Notes: a model not told the origin generated them from the letters alone. 64,000 bases of DNA from an uncultured delta proteobacterium (GCA_963755715.1 CAVWLW010000054.1:32001-96000), one strand, 5' to 3'. Positions 20,018 through 30,249 are shown, numbered from the stretch's first letter. Translations and numbers: made by a program.

Positions 20018-20081
20018 GATTGAATTGAACGACGCTTCAAGTTGATCTCACGACAGCGTTGATGGAGAAAACTGTTCAATC
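20018..20081. repeat. Structured ~70-bp repeat, copy 7
   Basis: GATTGAATTGAACGACGCTTCAA...GATGGAGAAAACTGTTCAATC. Confidence 0.85.
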
Positions 20082-20109
20082 CTACGATTCGCCGCTAAGT
20101 GTTCCTTCG

Positions 20110-20375
20110 TTACTTAATCACTTGATTCGCCCGCTCAAGCACGCGAACTGGAATTGTCAGACCGATTTGCTTTGCCGCCTTGAGGTTAATGATGAATTCA
20201 AACTTCGTTGCCTGCTGCACCGGCAAATCGGCAGGTTTGGCTCCCTTCAAGATCTTGTCCACGTAAATGCTACGTGATCCGATAGCCGTCAATGGCGTCC
20301 GCCCCGTAGGACATGACCCCACCAGCATCTCCAGATACTCTGCCGCCGTACGCCGACGGTAACCGGCTCTTTAAC
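20110..20375 (-). pseudogene. C-terminal fragment of COG2984-like substrate-binding protein
   Basis: [50 protein letters not shown]. Confidence 0.85.
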
Positions 20376-20852
20376 GCAAGCCCACGATACGTTTGTGGTT
20401 ATTACTCATTAGCGGCCTCCGGACACGTAAAGTCCATCCGGGCGTTCCTTACTCAGCGCAGCAAATACCCTGTCAAAAGCGTCCGCATCTCGTACCTCCC
20501 AAGGCTGAATTGTCAACTGCTGCTGAGTAAGTTTTAAAGCCTTCTCATGGTTCGGATTTCGTCAGGAGTCATACCTCCGGGGGTGTATCTTCGATACAAA
20601 CTTTACCAATGAAATTCGGGAGGAAAATTACGATTGCAGGAGCGACTGAATGTGAGCGTCGGCTCACCGCTCCTGTTCTTTTGGGTTCCCATATCCGTGC
20701 CGCCGTGTACAGTTTTGTGAGTTGAAGGCCTTTTGTTCAGGCGCGCCGTTTAAAAGACAAAGGCACTAAGAATTAGAAACTGACGGAAGGGGGACGACAG
20801 CCGAACAAGTCAAGAAAGGGCACAACCGCACGATTAGATTAAATACTGATGA

Positions 20853-20868
20853 TGGTATGCCTGTTGCA
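20853..20868 (+). promoter_or_regulatory. Sigma54 -24/-12 promoter
   Basis: TGGTAT-GCCTG-TTGCA (GG-N10-GC) upstream of the ORFs at 20899 and 21129. Confidence 0.65.
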
Positions 20869-20898
20869 CCAGCCTTTGATTCATTTCGATGATTCGTT

Positions 20899-21072
20899 AT
20901 GAGTGATCGAACGAAATTGATGCTGGCGAGCCTAGCGATGATGATGTTGCCGTATCAGGTGGAGTTTCTGCTAGATGTTCTCGTTTTAGCCGCGATCGGT
21001 TCGGCGACTTATTTGTCGACAAAAAACATCTGGCGCGGGTCGAACGACCAAGTTCTCTTGACCGACGGGTGA
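20899..21072 (+). CDS. Small membrane protein (57 aa, not in ORF track)
   Basis: MSDRTKLMLASLAMMMLPYQVEFLLDVLVLAAIGSATYL...; lies between the sigma54 site and the next gene. Confidence 0.5.
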   Translation: MSDRTKLMLASLAMMMLPYQVEFLLDVLVLAAIGSATYLSTKNIWRGSNDQVLLTDG

Positions 21073-21128
21073 TCGTTTATTTTGACGCATCGATTCGGTG
21101 CGATTAACAACCTGGAGGTTTCGACACG

Positions 21129-21557
21129 ATGTCGCATGCTAAATCCTTACGAGTGATCGGTCAGACACTGGAAGCCGCGCGGGTGACGACGTTCAAGCTG
21201 GAGAAACATGCCCAACCCTACCGCTTATGGATAGCAGATCGTCTTTTCTCTTTCGGTCCAGCTGATATTTCGCGCCTCGATGCAAAGGCGCAAAAACGCC
21301 GGAAAAACCAATCTAGTTCTACGCGACGGCCAACATCGCTGTCTCAGCAGCTACGCGCTTTGGGCGGTTATCTCGACAGAATCGAGGTTAGCTCTTTTCG
21401 TATTGTGTGGACTGCTGGTTCGGCTCTTCTGGATTATGAACGAATTAATGGAGAGCGGAATTGTAGAGCTTTTACAGCTGAAGAATTGCGGCATCAGGAT
21501 CTACACCGGAGTTTGCTACGGTCCAGCCATCAGCTTTTCCCGCGGCTGGATAACTGA
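21129..21557 (+). CDS. Hypothetical protein with internally duplicated LR.(I/L)G..L(E/D) motif
   Basis: GGAGG RBS; SLRVIGQTLE / QLRALGGYLD; resembles 23993-24508. Confidence 0.75.
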   Translation: MSHAKSLRVIGQTLEAARVTTFKLEKHAQPYRLWIADRLFSFGPADISRLDAKAQKRRKNQSSSTRRPTSLSQQLRALGGYLDRIEVSSFRIVWTAGSALLDYERINGERNCRAFTAEELRHQDLHRSLLRSSHQLFPRLDN

Positions 21558-21647
21558 GCGTCACAGCCTCCAGCCCATCGGAATAGGTCTAGAAACTCGG
21601 GAGGGTAACATATTCTCGCCGAATCTCACGCGCCTGTTTATCATTCC

Positions 21648-21730
21648 TTAACCCGGCAAAACTCGCCATGTCCGCAGATGTCCATCGGCGGTCCACTCCG
21701 TGAACTCTATCTGCGGCCCCAAGATGAGAT
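21648..21730 (-). pseudogene. ATP-dependent DNA ligase (LigD-type OB domain) fragment
   Basis: QIEFTEWTADGHLR. Confidence 0.55.
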
Positions 21731-22523
21731 GTGCTAAAGCCTCTGCTCGGATGAGCGAATAAAGTGTGCGGCGCTTCTCCACCAATTGCGCCAGATAAAA
21801 CATGTTGCCAGACGACGTCCGGAGTGTCGCTATCCGCTTCCAGTTCGATCGCCTTGCTGCACGGACGGCTCCGACGCTGACAGCGTCGACGACTCGTTTA
21901 GCAGCCATAATTAAAATCCAAACAAATTTGACCCAGCGCGACAAATCAAGGTCGCGGATCTCCTTTATTGATTTGCCGAGGTGACCTTGCAGGAACTTAT
22001 GGAGCTGCCGACAAAACACAGCGTCGGTAAGTGCGCGACAGCCCCTATACTGCTCGTGCTCAATTTCGGTCTTTAAAAAGAGCTTATCGGGTGCTGCGCC
22101 AAGTAAAACGGCGGCAATCAGAATCCCTATTTCACCGGAATGTTTTTTTGTAGGTTTTCAAGCCTTCACTAGACACCCAAATCGGCGGCCAATTTCGGCA
22201 CCCGGCAAGATTCATCTGCGGGTGTTTTCGAAGCTGCATGATGAACCGTGGCTTAACACAATGATTCGAGAAGAAATAGCAACTTTCTGACAAATCACGT
22301 GGCACAGTTGTCCAGCCGCACGGGAGGGAATTTCAGTCTTCAAATATTTCGGCGGGATCGCCCAGTTGACCTGGTTACTCCCTTCTAAGGAATTTCAGGC
22401 AAAGTTGCCGCCAGTTTTTCAGCCGTTCAGGTTGCATGCGCCGCTTGAATCTCTCCAAAGCTCTTTCAATGTCTTGGTATGCCGCTTGCTCCTTACGGTG
22501 GCGGGAAAGAAAGAAGACAGCGC

Positions 22524-22745
22524 ATGTCAGTTAAACCCTCTTCGCACTCTCGAATCAAAACGATTAAAGTTATCTGTGACCGCTGCAAACAAATCGTTGA
22601 GGGAATTCGAGGCGAAGAGTTTATCGCTGGATTTTATGACATGACAAAGTGGGAAGAGTACCGGCGCGAGAACGAACAGTACGTGTGTGATTCGTGTATG
22701 TTCGCTGATCCTAAATACGTAGAGCGTTACGGCTCTTGCTTCTAG
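22524..22745 (+). CDS. Small CxxC...CxxC zinc-finger-like protein
   Basis: CDRC and CDSC pairs. Confidence 0.6.
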   Translation: MSVKPSSHSRIKTIKVICDRCKQIVEGIRGEEFIAGFYDMTKWEEYRRENEQYVCDSCMFADPKYVERYGSCF

Positions 22746-22877
22746 CTTTGGATAGAGTCACGCCCGCGGGTGCGTGGTCGCGTACACCGTCTTCATCGAG
22801 AATGCAGGCATCGCAAAATTGAAAATCTAATTGCTGGCCCGCCTAAAATCCCTTACTATTATAGTTTTACCGTCCGT

Positions 22878-23387
22878 ATGGGAGGTCTGGTGAGGGCGCA
22901 ACGAAATCGAAAGGTTTTCTTACAATGGGTCAAGTCCCTGACAAAGCCGGCATGGGCACCATCATTGGTGTTCGCAATTCACGTGATTGCATATAGCGTT
23001 TTCCATCTGTATGAAACGCATCCTCTGTTTGATATTCCCATGCACTTTTTCGGCGGCCTTGCGATGGCATACTTTTTAGACAAGGCGTCCGTTAATGCTT
23101 CGGTTATGTTTGCTGGTGCACCACCGAACCGCCTGATAGAAAGCCTGCTCGTCTTTACGTCCACATGCACGGTCGCAGTATTCTGGGAGTTTGGGGAATT
23201 TGTTTTGAGTTGGTCTCTTTCCGTTAACTTACAGGATGGTCTAGCCGATACAATGAAGGATTTATTTTTCGGCATGACTGGGAGTGTTTTCTATGTTGCG
23301 GCAGTTAGCCTTTCTCTCCAAACGGCTTCACGTCTTCTAAACTGGGGCGAACTCAATCGAGTGATACTTAACCCGGAAGAAGAATAA
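22878..23387 (+). CDS. Integral membrane protein (DUF2238/VanZ-like)
   Basis: FDIPMHFFGG, VFWEFGEF, DTMKDL; start uncertain. Confidence 0.7.
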   Translation: MGGLVRAQRNRKVFLQWVKSLTKPAWAPSLVFAIHVIAYSVFHLYETHPLFDIPMHFFGGLAMAYFLDKASVNASVMFAGAPPNRLIESLLVFTSTCTVAVFWEFGEFVLSWSLSVNLQDGLADTMKDLFFGMTGSVFYVAAVSLSLQTASRLLNWGELNRVILNPEEE

Positions 23388-23992
23388 ATTTAGTTCGCTC
23401 TGCGGATCTTTCGGGCCACCAGTACACGATCACAAATGTTTACGGGTGCGAAGCAGGAAGCGGGCCGCACTGTTCAACGCGCCTTCCACTAGGTTCGACC
23501 TAGATAATGCAGGCTGACCGGCGTTCGACAGCCGTTTCGCCCGATAGTATCGAAACAGCGCCGCACATCATAGCGCCAAGGGCTGAGCACGGCTCTTCCA
23601 ATCAGATACCTTGCGTCTAGCAGACACACATATGGAGGCAGCTATCGTTAGCGGCCAAAGCTAAGATAACCGAAACACTCGAAATTTTTGGTCGAGAACG
23701 AAAGGTCTTCTTTGTGTCCGCGCTTAACCAGCTACAGCTAGAGTTATTTTCTTCTACCGGGAATCGGGGTTGAACGCTTGCGGATTATGAGCAACATGGG
23801 CGCTGGATTGGCTTGCGGGAGCTGAGGTCTACACGATTCTCTCTGTAAACCGGCCGCTCAGCTAATTACCAAGATCAGGGACAAGGGAACGTTTCTTATA
23901 TGCTTTGATATCCTTCCGGAGCCACAGGAACTAACGCCCACGTCTGAAGATTTTTTCATGTGCAATCAGAGAACGGCTGTGATCGCGGCTCG

Positions 23993-24508
23993 TTAATTGT
24001 ACCGAGCTTGATTGTTTTCGTGTAAGGCGCTGAAACGAGTATATCGGCTACCGTTAATGCTTGAGGTTCCTCTCAGTTTGTACATGCTGATGCACAGTTC
24101 GTAAATGGCAGAGCCCGTGAGGTCTTCAACGACTCGGTCGCCCTGAACCGTCTCGTATTCAATCTTTAGGACAGGCATCGTACCAGTCGAGGCTGTATTG
24201 AAAACACTCAGTAAGCGACCTTGCTTACTGCTTGCATAGGTCGCGACTGCCCACAAGATTTCGGCCAAGCTTAGAAAGTCCTTGACCGGCGAAAGGTGAT
24301 CATTTTTTTCCCGCGCCTCGCGATCCAACCGCTCGATATCACTTAAAGCATAATACAAGCTGACCGGGGTAACAGCTGGAGGCGATTGATAACCACCCTC
24401 GACAACGAAAAGGTTAGCTTCGCATCGTATAAGAAAGGTTCTGATACCGCGCCAGTCTAGGTCGCGGCCGATCGTGCGTAAAGCTTCTGAACAAAGACTA
24501 ATGGACAT
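23993..24508 (-). CDS. Hypothetical protein, paralog of 21129-21557
   Basis: ALRTIGRDLD..DIERLD..SLAEILWAVATY; AGAGGAAG RBS. Confidence 0.72.
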   Translation of the reverse strand: MSISLCSEALRTIGRDLDWRGIRTFLIRCEANLFVVEGGYQSPPAVTPVSLYYALSDIERLDREAREKNDHLSPVKDFLSLAEILWAVATYASSKQGRLLSVFNTASTGTMPVLKIEYETVQGDRVVEDLTGSAIYELCISMYKLRGTSSINGSRYTRFSALHENNQARYN

Positions 24509-24547
24509 CTATAAATCTTCCTCTGGCTAGGCGTCGAGCCTAATCCA

Positions 24548-24563
24548 AGCATAAAGAATGCCA
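24548..24563 (-). promoter_or_regulatory. Sigma54 -24/-12 promoter
   Basis: Minus strand TGGCAT-TCTTT-ATGCT, about 40 nt upstream of 24508. Confidence 0.6.
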
Positions 24564-25536
24564 TGCTGGAAGAATAGTTCTGGAAGTGACTGAGGCAGCA
24601 AAATCTTACAAATAAGGCCGAGTCCATCCACTCGGGCGAGGAGTAGCTAAATCGTTAGGCACCCATTTGCCCAACCGACGACAATCGCTTGACGGGTTTG
24701 TCAAGTTTTACTGATGAGCGCGAGAACCGTCTTTCCAGGCCTTTTAGCTGTGTCCGGGCGCATGGCTTCTCTGAATCACATCCCAAGGTGTGCTCGAATG
24801 GTACGGTATGGCGCTCTCGCCCGAATACTCGGGAGCGTTTTGCTTCGAGCCAGACTCCCCATGTATTTGCATGGCAGGAATGTCAATTTGTCAAAAATAT
24901 CCAACGCTCGCCGACTACCAGAAATGACTAAGGTAACCGGCGACTGTTCAGATCCTCATTTTTTTTACTGTCATGGCACAATCCGTGTTCTGCCAGATGC
25001 CGATCAAGCGCATGATGCGCATAGAGTTGATGCGATGAATTGACATTCCAACGTGGTCACCAAGGGATATCAGGGAGCGAGTGGTGAAACCGGCACCCAC
25101 TCGATGCGATCGGTCCCACCTCATACCGACACTCCGACCGCTTGCGCGCCTCGAGACGCCGTGCTTTGCGCGGACCATCCTCGGTTGATCGCTTGACCAT
25201 GGTTTGCTCGGCTTACGCCGCGATAGGTATCGGCACGTTGTATCGGCTGCCTAATTCTCGGCGTACCCACACTGATTCCACAAAAATCGCCACTGAGGAA
25301 CGAGCTAGATCGAAGAGCCGGTTGGACCGTCGTAAGCTTCGCAAGCATTGTCTTGAAGAACAGATCGATTGAAACGGAGAACCGCGAATCCCTCGATATA
25401 CGTGCTCCACTGTAAGTGGATTGAGGACAGCAAGCTCAAGCGCCAAGAAAAAAATCGGCGGAAGTTGGGCATGAATTTTATTGCGGCTCTAAGCAAGATT
25501 CGATAACGTCGTCACATCCATCGGTTATCTTGAATT

Positions 25537-26007
25537 ATGTTCGACATTCACGCATCGCCGGCTTTATACCGGATTCTAATCGCACTTCATCTCCTGGGAG
25601 CCTCGGTTTGGATCGGCGGTCATCTGGTGCTGGCGACGACCCTTCTTCCACGAGCGCTGCGCAATCGTGACCCATCCATCATCCTCGACTTCGAGAAGGG
25701 ATTTGAAAGGATCGGTTTACCGTCGCTCCTGCTCCAAGTGGTCACCGGCCTTTTGCTCGCTTATCGCTGGCTGCCGGAGATCAGCGCCTGGTTTAGTTTG
25801 GATTCGAATGTCTCGATCTACGTGGCCACCAAGTTGGCGCTCTTAACGGCGACTCTCGGCTTGGCACTCAACGCGAATTTTCGCGTGATTCCCAATATCA
25901 ACCGGGATAACCTGCATGTGCTCGCCTGGCACATCGTTTTGGTCACTATTATGTCTATCGGTTTTCTCCTCGCTGGAGTTGCTATTCGCACCGGCGGCCT
26001 TTTCTAA
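25537..26007 (+). CDS. CopD-family membrane protein
   Basis: LHLLGASVWIGG, FE.IGLP.LL.QV.TG. Confidence 0.8.
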   Translation: MFDIHASPALYRILIALHLLGASVWIGGHLVLATTLLPRALRNRDPSIILDFEKGFERIGLPSLLLQVVTGLLLAYRWLPEISAWFSLDSNVSIYVATKLALLTATLGLALNANFRVIPNINRDNLHVLAWHIVLVTIMSIGFLLAGVAIRTGGLF

Positions 26008-26075
26008 ATTGAAAGCCATTCAACGGATTGCTGAAACCGAATCCTAAGGGTTCGCGGCTCGGCCATGGCGAATTC

Positions 26076-28358
26076 TCAAGACCCGCGCGACTCGGACTCT
26101 TCGGTAAAGAGCAAACGCGGCAAATTCCCGTCGGCTGCGATGCGACGCGGATTGGGAAAGCGCACGGCGCGCCAACAAAGCCAGACTAGAGGAAAAGCGC
26201 CGCCTACTATGAACACAGCGTCTCCCGGCAGGCGGGCCCACTCTAGCATGTTCACCCACGAGAGCATGAGAAAGTCGAGGCTGCGCGCATGCCAGTAGCC
26301 CGTGTCGACCGCATAGTACAGTTGCACGATCCCTAGTGGGAAAAGATTGAAAAAAGCCATCCAGGTCAAGCCGATATTCAACGACCAAAACGAAATCATG
26401 GCAGCACGATCGCTCCACTTCTCCGCTTCTGTCAAGTAACGCAGGCAAAACAACAATAGGCCGGCCGCTAACATGCCGTACACACCCATCATAGCCGTGT
26501 GGCCGTGATTGGCGGTCAGAGCGGTGCCGATTTCATAGTAACTGACCACCGGCAGATTGATGAGGAATCCGAACACGCCGGCGCCGAGAAAGTTCCATAC
26601 TCCGACAGCGACTAGGAACCGCACGGCCCAACGGTGCATATGATAGCGCTCACGCGTCTGCTTTTCGCCGGATTTGATAAAGCTCCACGCTTCCAGGGTA
26701 AGCAACATCAGAGGAATCACTTCCATCGCTGAGAACGTCGCGCCGAGCGCCATGTGCGCCACCGGCGTGCCGCTGAAGTAGAGATGGTGCATCGTGCCGA
26801 GTACACCCCCGAGTGAATAAAGAATGATGTCCAGATAGATGACGCGCAGCGCCGTCGCTTCACGAACCACGCCGAGCAAGACAAACATGTAGGCGACGAT
26901 GACCGTTGTAAATAACTCTAGAAAATCTTCCACCCAAAGGTGCACGACCCAAAAACGCCAAAAATCGTTGACCACGAAACCCTTGTGCGGGCTGGTGAGA
27001 AGCCCGACGGCGTAGAAGGCCGGTATCGCGAGGGCTGCGTAGAACAGTAACCACGGCATGTTGCCAAAGTGTTCTTCTCGAAGCGTCCCGCGCAGTCCGC
27101 GAAAGAGAATAAAGACCCAGAGAAACAGGCCGATCACCAGGAGGATTTGCCATAATCTGCCCAGATCCAAATACTCCCATCCTTGATGGCCGAGCCAAAA
27201 CCAAAGATCACCTAACCAGCCCCGAGCACCGGCGTATTCACCCGCGAGGCTGCCAAACACCACGATCGCGACGGCGACGAGAAGCAGTATCGTGAGAGCG
27301 CCCTGACCGCGCGGCTCCTTTCCTGCGATGAGCGGGACGATAAATATTCCCGTAGCCAGGTAAGACGCCGAGACCCAAAAAATCGCCAGCTGCACGTGCC
27401 AGGTGCGCACGATATTGAATGGCAGCACACTTGATAGATCGACGCCGAAAAAAACTCCCGGCTCCGCTCGATAGTGAGCGATCAGACCTCCCGTAAGTGT
27501 CTGCAGGACGAAAAGCAAAGAGGATACGAGAAGAAACCAAACGATAGCTCTTTGGGCTGAAGTCACGGCGACCTCATGGACCGGTCGAAAACGAACCGGC
27601 TTTGACTCACTGTCACTCCAACCGAGCCAATCGTAGCGTCCGAAGAAATAGAAAACCAGCCCGGTGCCGCCCAAGAGTCCGATAATCGAAATTACGCTCC
27701 AAATGACGGCATCCCCGGTAACAAAGTTTCCCGCCAGCGGCTCCGGCGGCCAATTGCTCGTGTACGAGTAATTCTTGCCGGGACGGTTCGCCGTCGCTGT
27801 CCAAGCAGTCCAAGCAAAAAATGCCGTCAGGCGACGAATGTCGTCTCGGTCCGCGATCCAGTTTGCTTGGGCGCCACCGCGGCTTTGCGTCGACTGAAAG
27901 AAGGACTGATAGTACTCGACCATCATTTCGTGCGCCTCGGCTCTCGGCACGCTCCAGCGAAGCGCATCTTCCGATTCGTTGTAGGTATTTTCGTGTAGCT
28001 CCGCGGCAACCCGATCACGCGCGGAAACACCGCTCAGCGGCGCGCCTTGGTAACGCTTGGCTAGAAACTCCGACGTCTTGTGAAGATACTCGGCGGTAAA
28101 ATCAGGACCCAAGTAGGCGCCGTGACCATAGATCGACCCGTACTCCATCAGGCCGTTGCGTTGAAAAACGTTCATGCCGCTCATGATGTCGTCGCGGGTG
28201 AAAAGTGCCTTATCACCTGCCACAACGCGCGCCGGCAATGGCGGCTGATCGCGGTAGACCAAATAAGCGAGAATTCCCAAGACCGTAAAGCCGATCAAAT
28301 ACGTAACCATCGCGCCTTGAAACCATCGACTGGAGATCGGCATCATTCTTTGTGCCAT
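26076..28358 (-). CDS. norZ: Quinol-dependent nitric oxide reductase (qNor)
   Basis: GSIYGHGAYLGPDFTA, RTWHVQ, WVVHLWVE, GTMHHLYF, ANHGH, GVYG; 760 aa. Confidence 0.93.
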   Translation of the reverse strand: MAQRMMPISSRWFQGAMVTYLIGFTVLGILAYLVYRDQPPLPARVVAGDKALFTRDDIMSGMNVFQRNGLMEYGSIYGHGAYLGPDFTAEYLHKTSEFLAKRYQGAPLSGVSARDRVAAELHENTYNESEDALRWSVPRAEAHEMMVEYYQSFFQSTQSRGGAQANWIADRDDIRRLTAFFAWTAWTATANRPGKNYSYTSNWPPEPLAGNFVTGDAVIWSVISIIGLLGGTGLVFYFFGRYDWLGWSDSESKPVRFRPVHEVAVTSAQRAIVWFLLVSSLLFVLQTLTGGLIAHYRAEPGVFFGVDLSSVLPFNIVRTWHVQLAIFWVSASYLATGIFIVPLIAGKEPRGQGALTILLLVAVAIVVFGSLAGEYAGARGWLGDLWFWLGHQGWEYLDLGRLWQILLVIGLFLWVFILFRGLRGTLREEHFGNMPWLLFYAALAIPAFYAVGLLTSPHKGFVVNDFWRFWVVHLWVEDFLELFTTVIVAYMFVLLGVVREATALRVIYLDIILYSLGGVLGTMHHLYFSGTPVAHMALGATFSAMEVIPLMLLTLEAWSFIKSGEKQTRERYHMHRWAVRFLVAVGVWNFLGAGVFGFLINLPVVSYYEIGTALTANHGHTAMMGVYGMLAAGLLLFCLRYLTEAEKWSDRAAMISFWSLNIGLTWMAFFNLFPLGIVQLYYAVDTGYWHARSLDFLMLSWVNMLEWARLPGDAVFIVGGAFPLVWLCWRAVRFPNPRRIAADGNLPRLLFTEESESRGS

Positions 28359-28740
28359 TTAAACCTCCACAAATGATGTTCTCGCATCAAACAATACGAA
28401 GTGCCGGATGGAGTTTACTTTCTTCCGTCCGTGGTTTTGACATGGCACTCTTGCGGCTAAACGCTGACGATCAGAAGCAGTCGTTCGCTCTACCAACAGA
28501 CCCATATCAGCGCCGAGTAAAACCTGTCAAATTAGATTGTTAGCTCTTGGTTTCTTAACTCTTCTCGACGCAAACTCATGCTGTCATCGACGATTCGTCG
28601 CCACTGAGAATCTTCCTGGCGCGTATTCGCTGATCCAAAAATCGCCCTTGCGACTAAAACGGCACGAAAAAACACCCGCTTGGAGCCGATGGGTTGCCAA
28701 ATACATCGCTACACGATAATATCGTTATACGATATATTTT

Positions 28741-29166
28741 ATGGAAAGAAAATGTCGCCAAACCGATTTCCGCGCGATGGCTGAGCTCCGATATCAGATC
28801 CGCCGCTTCATGCGGTTCAGCGAAAATGCCGCGCAGCAGGCGGGCATGGAACCCCAACAACACCAGTTGCTCCTGGCTTTGAAGGGCCTGCCGCGCGGCA
28901 TGAAACCAACCATCAACGCCTTAGCAGAGCGGTTGCAACTCCAGCATCACAGCACCGTCGGGTTGGTCGATCGGCTTGTGGAGCGAGGATTTCTGGTGCG
29001 CTTGCGGGCCACCGATGACCGACGCCACGTACTGATAAAATTAACCAGCGAAGGCGAGGAATGTCTGCGCCGCCTCGCTTCGCATCATCTCCAAGAGCTG
29101 CGCTCCGTCGGGCCCGAGTTCGTCACGATCCTGCAAAGTTTGATGGAAAGCGTCGCGGTATCTTAG
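28741..29166 (+). CDS. MarR-family transcriptional regulator
   Basis: LAERLQLQHHSTVGLVDRL...DRR.V.I.LT.EG. Confidence 0.9.
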   Translation: MERKCRQTDFRAMAELRYQIRRFMRFSENAAQQAGMEPQQHQLLLALKGLPRGMKPTINALAERLQLQHHSTVGLVDRLVERGFLVRLRATDDRRHVLIKLTSEGEECLRRLASHHLQELRSVGPEFVTILQSLMESVAVS

Positions 29167-29217
29167 CAAGTATGAGGATTTGAGAACCTAAAACAATCTC
29201 AAGAAAGGAGAAGAAGA

Positions 29218-30066
29218 ATGGCAAATCAAAACGAAATGGCTCAGGAGGTGCTGCTCGACGTCAGAGTCGCGGACGCTTCGCGCTGGTATAAATTTTACTT
29301 AAACCAGGAAAAGAAAATCCTCGGCACTTTGTCAGTGGGAATCTTCCTGATTATTTGGGAGTTGACCGGCAACGTTTTTCAGTGGATCAATCCGATGTTC
29401 ATGAGCTCGCCGTCGCTTATTTTCAAGGCCGCCGTCGAGATGTTTCGCTCCGGAGAAATATATCACGACCTGTACGTGAGCGGGATCGAGTTTCTCGGCG
29501 GATATTTTCTCGCCGCCGCGGTCGCGATTCCATTCGGCATTTTGGTCGGCTGGTACAAACGCATGAGCTACGTGTTCGATCCATTCATCAATGCCATGAA
29601 TGCCACGCCGCGGGTCGCGCTCTTGCCGCTGGTCATCATCTGGCTAGGCATCGGCATTCTTTCCAAAGTCGGCATTATTTTTCTCGGCGCGGTGTTTTCG
29701 ATCCTGATCAATACGCGGGATGGCGTTAAAACCACGCCGCTGAATCTGCTGAACGCAGCGAGAAGCTTCGGCGCCTCCGAATGGATGGTCTTTAAGACTG
29801 TCGTGCTTCCTTCGACGGTGCCGTTCATTCTCACCGGTTTGCGTCTCGCGGTCGGTCGCGCGCTGGTCGGCGTGTTGGTCGGTGAGCTCTACGCGGCAAC
29901 CGCGGGCATCGGTTTCATGATCACCGTGGCCGGAGCGACGTTTCAAACGGATAAGGTCTTTGTCGGTGTCGGTATTTTCGCGCTTAGCGGCATGATTGGC
30001 ATGGAGTTGCTCACCAAGATCGAACGAAGATTCGACCGGTGGCGGCCCCAAGTCGGCGCGCTCTGA
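29218..30066 (+). CDS. NitT/TauT-family ABC transporter permease
   Basis: PRVALLPL..WLGIG, AARSFGAS EAA-like loop. Confidence 0.9.
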   Translation: MANQNEMAQEVLLDVRVADASRWYKFYLNQEKKILGTLSVGIFLIIWELTGNVFQWINPMFMSSPSLIFKAAVEMFRSGEIYHDLYVSGIEFLGGYFLAAAVAIPFGILVGWYKRMSYVFDPFINAMNATPRVALLPLVIIWLGIGILSKVGIIFLGAVFSILINTRDGVKTTPLNLLNAARSFGASEWMVFKTVVLPSTVPFILTGLRLAVGRALVGVLVGELYAATAGIGFMITVAGATFQTDKVFVGVGIFALSGMIGMELLTKIERRFDRWRPQVGAL

Positions 30067-30173
30067 TAGTGCAGCATCGCGATCCGACGGCTAGAGCGGG
30101 CTGGCACATCTGCGGGTGTTTACCTGCCTGATCGCCTCCCCGACTAATTTCTCGGCCAACCAGATTTGCTGAA

Positions 30174-30201
30174 CTCATGGGCGCGCTAGCGCGCCCATGA
30201 G
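30174..30201. repeat. Perfect 28-bp palindrome
   Basis: CTCATGGGCGCGCT-AGCGCGCCCATGAG. Confidence 0.85.
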
Positions 30202-30249
30202 AGTGTATGGGTGTATCCCGATTTGAACAACTACGAGGTGAAAGATTAA

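Noticed and set aside
8996-20081. Structured repeats as a CRISPR array or intrinsic terminators
   Set aside because: Copies are 1-4 kb apart and separated by genes, with no cas genes; there is no GC stem plus U-tract on either strand.
26076-28358. qNor as an NO dismutase (Nod)
   Set aside because: It keeps canonical HLWVE and GTMHH ligands rather than the Nod-type substitutions.
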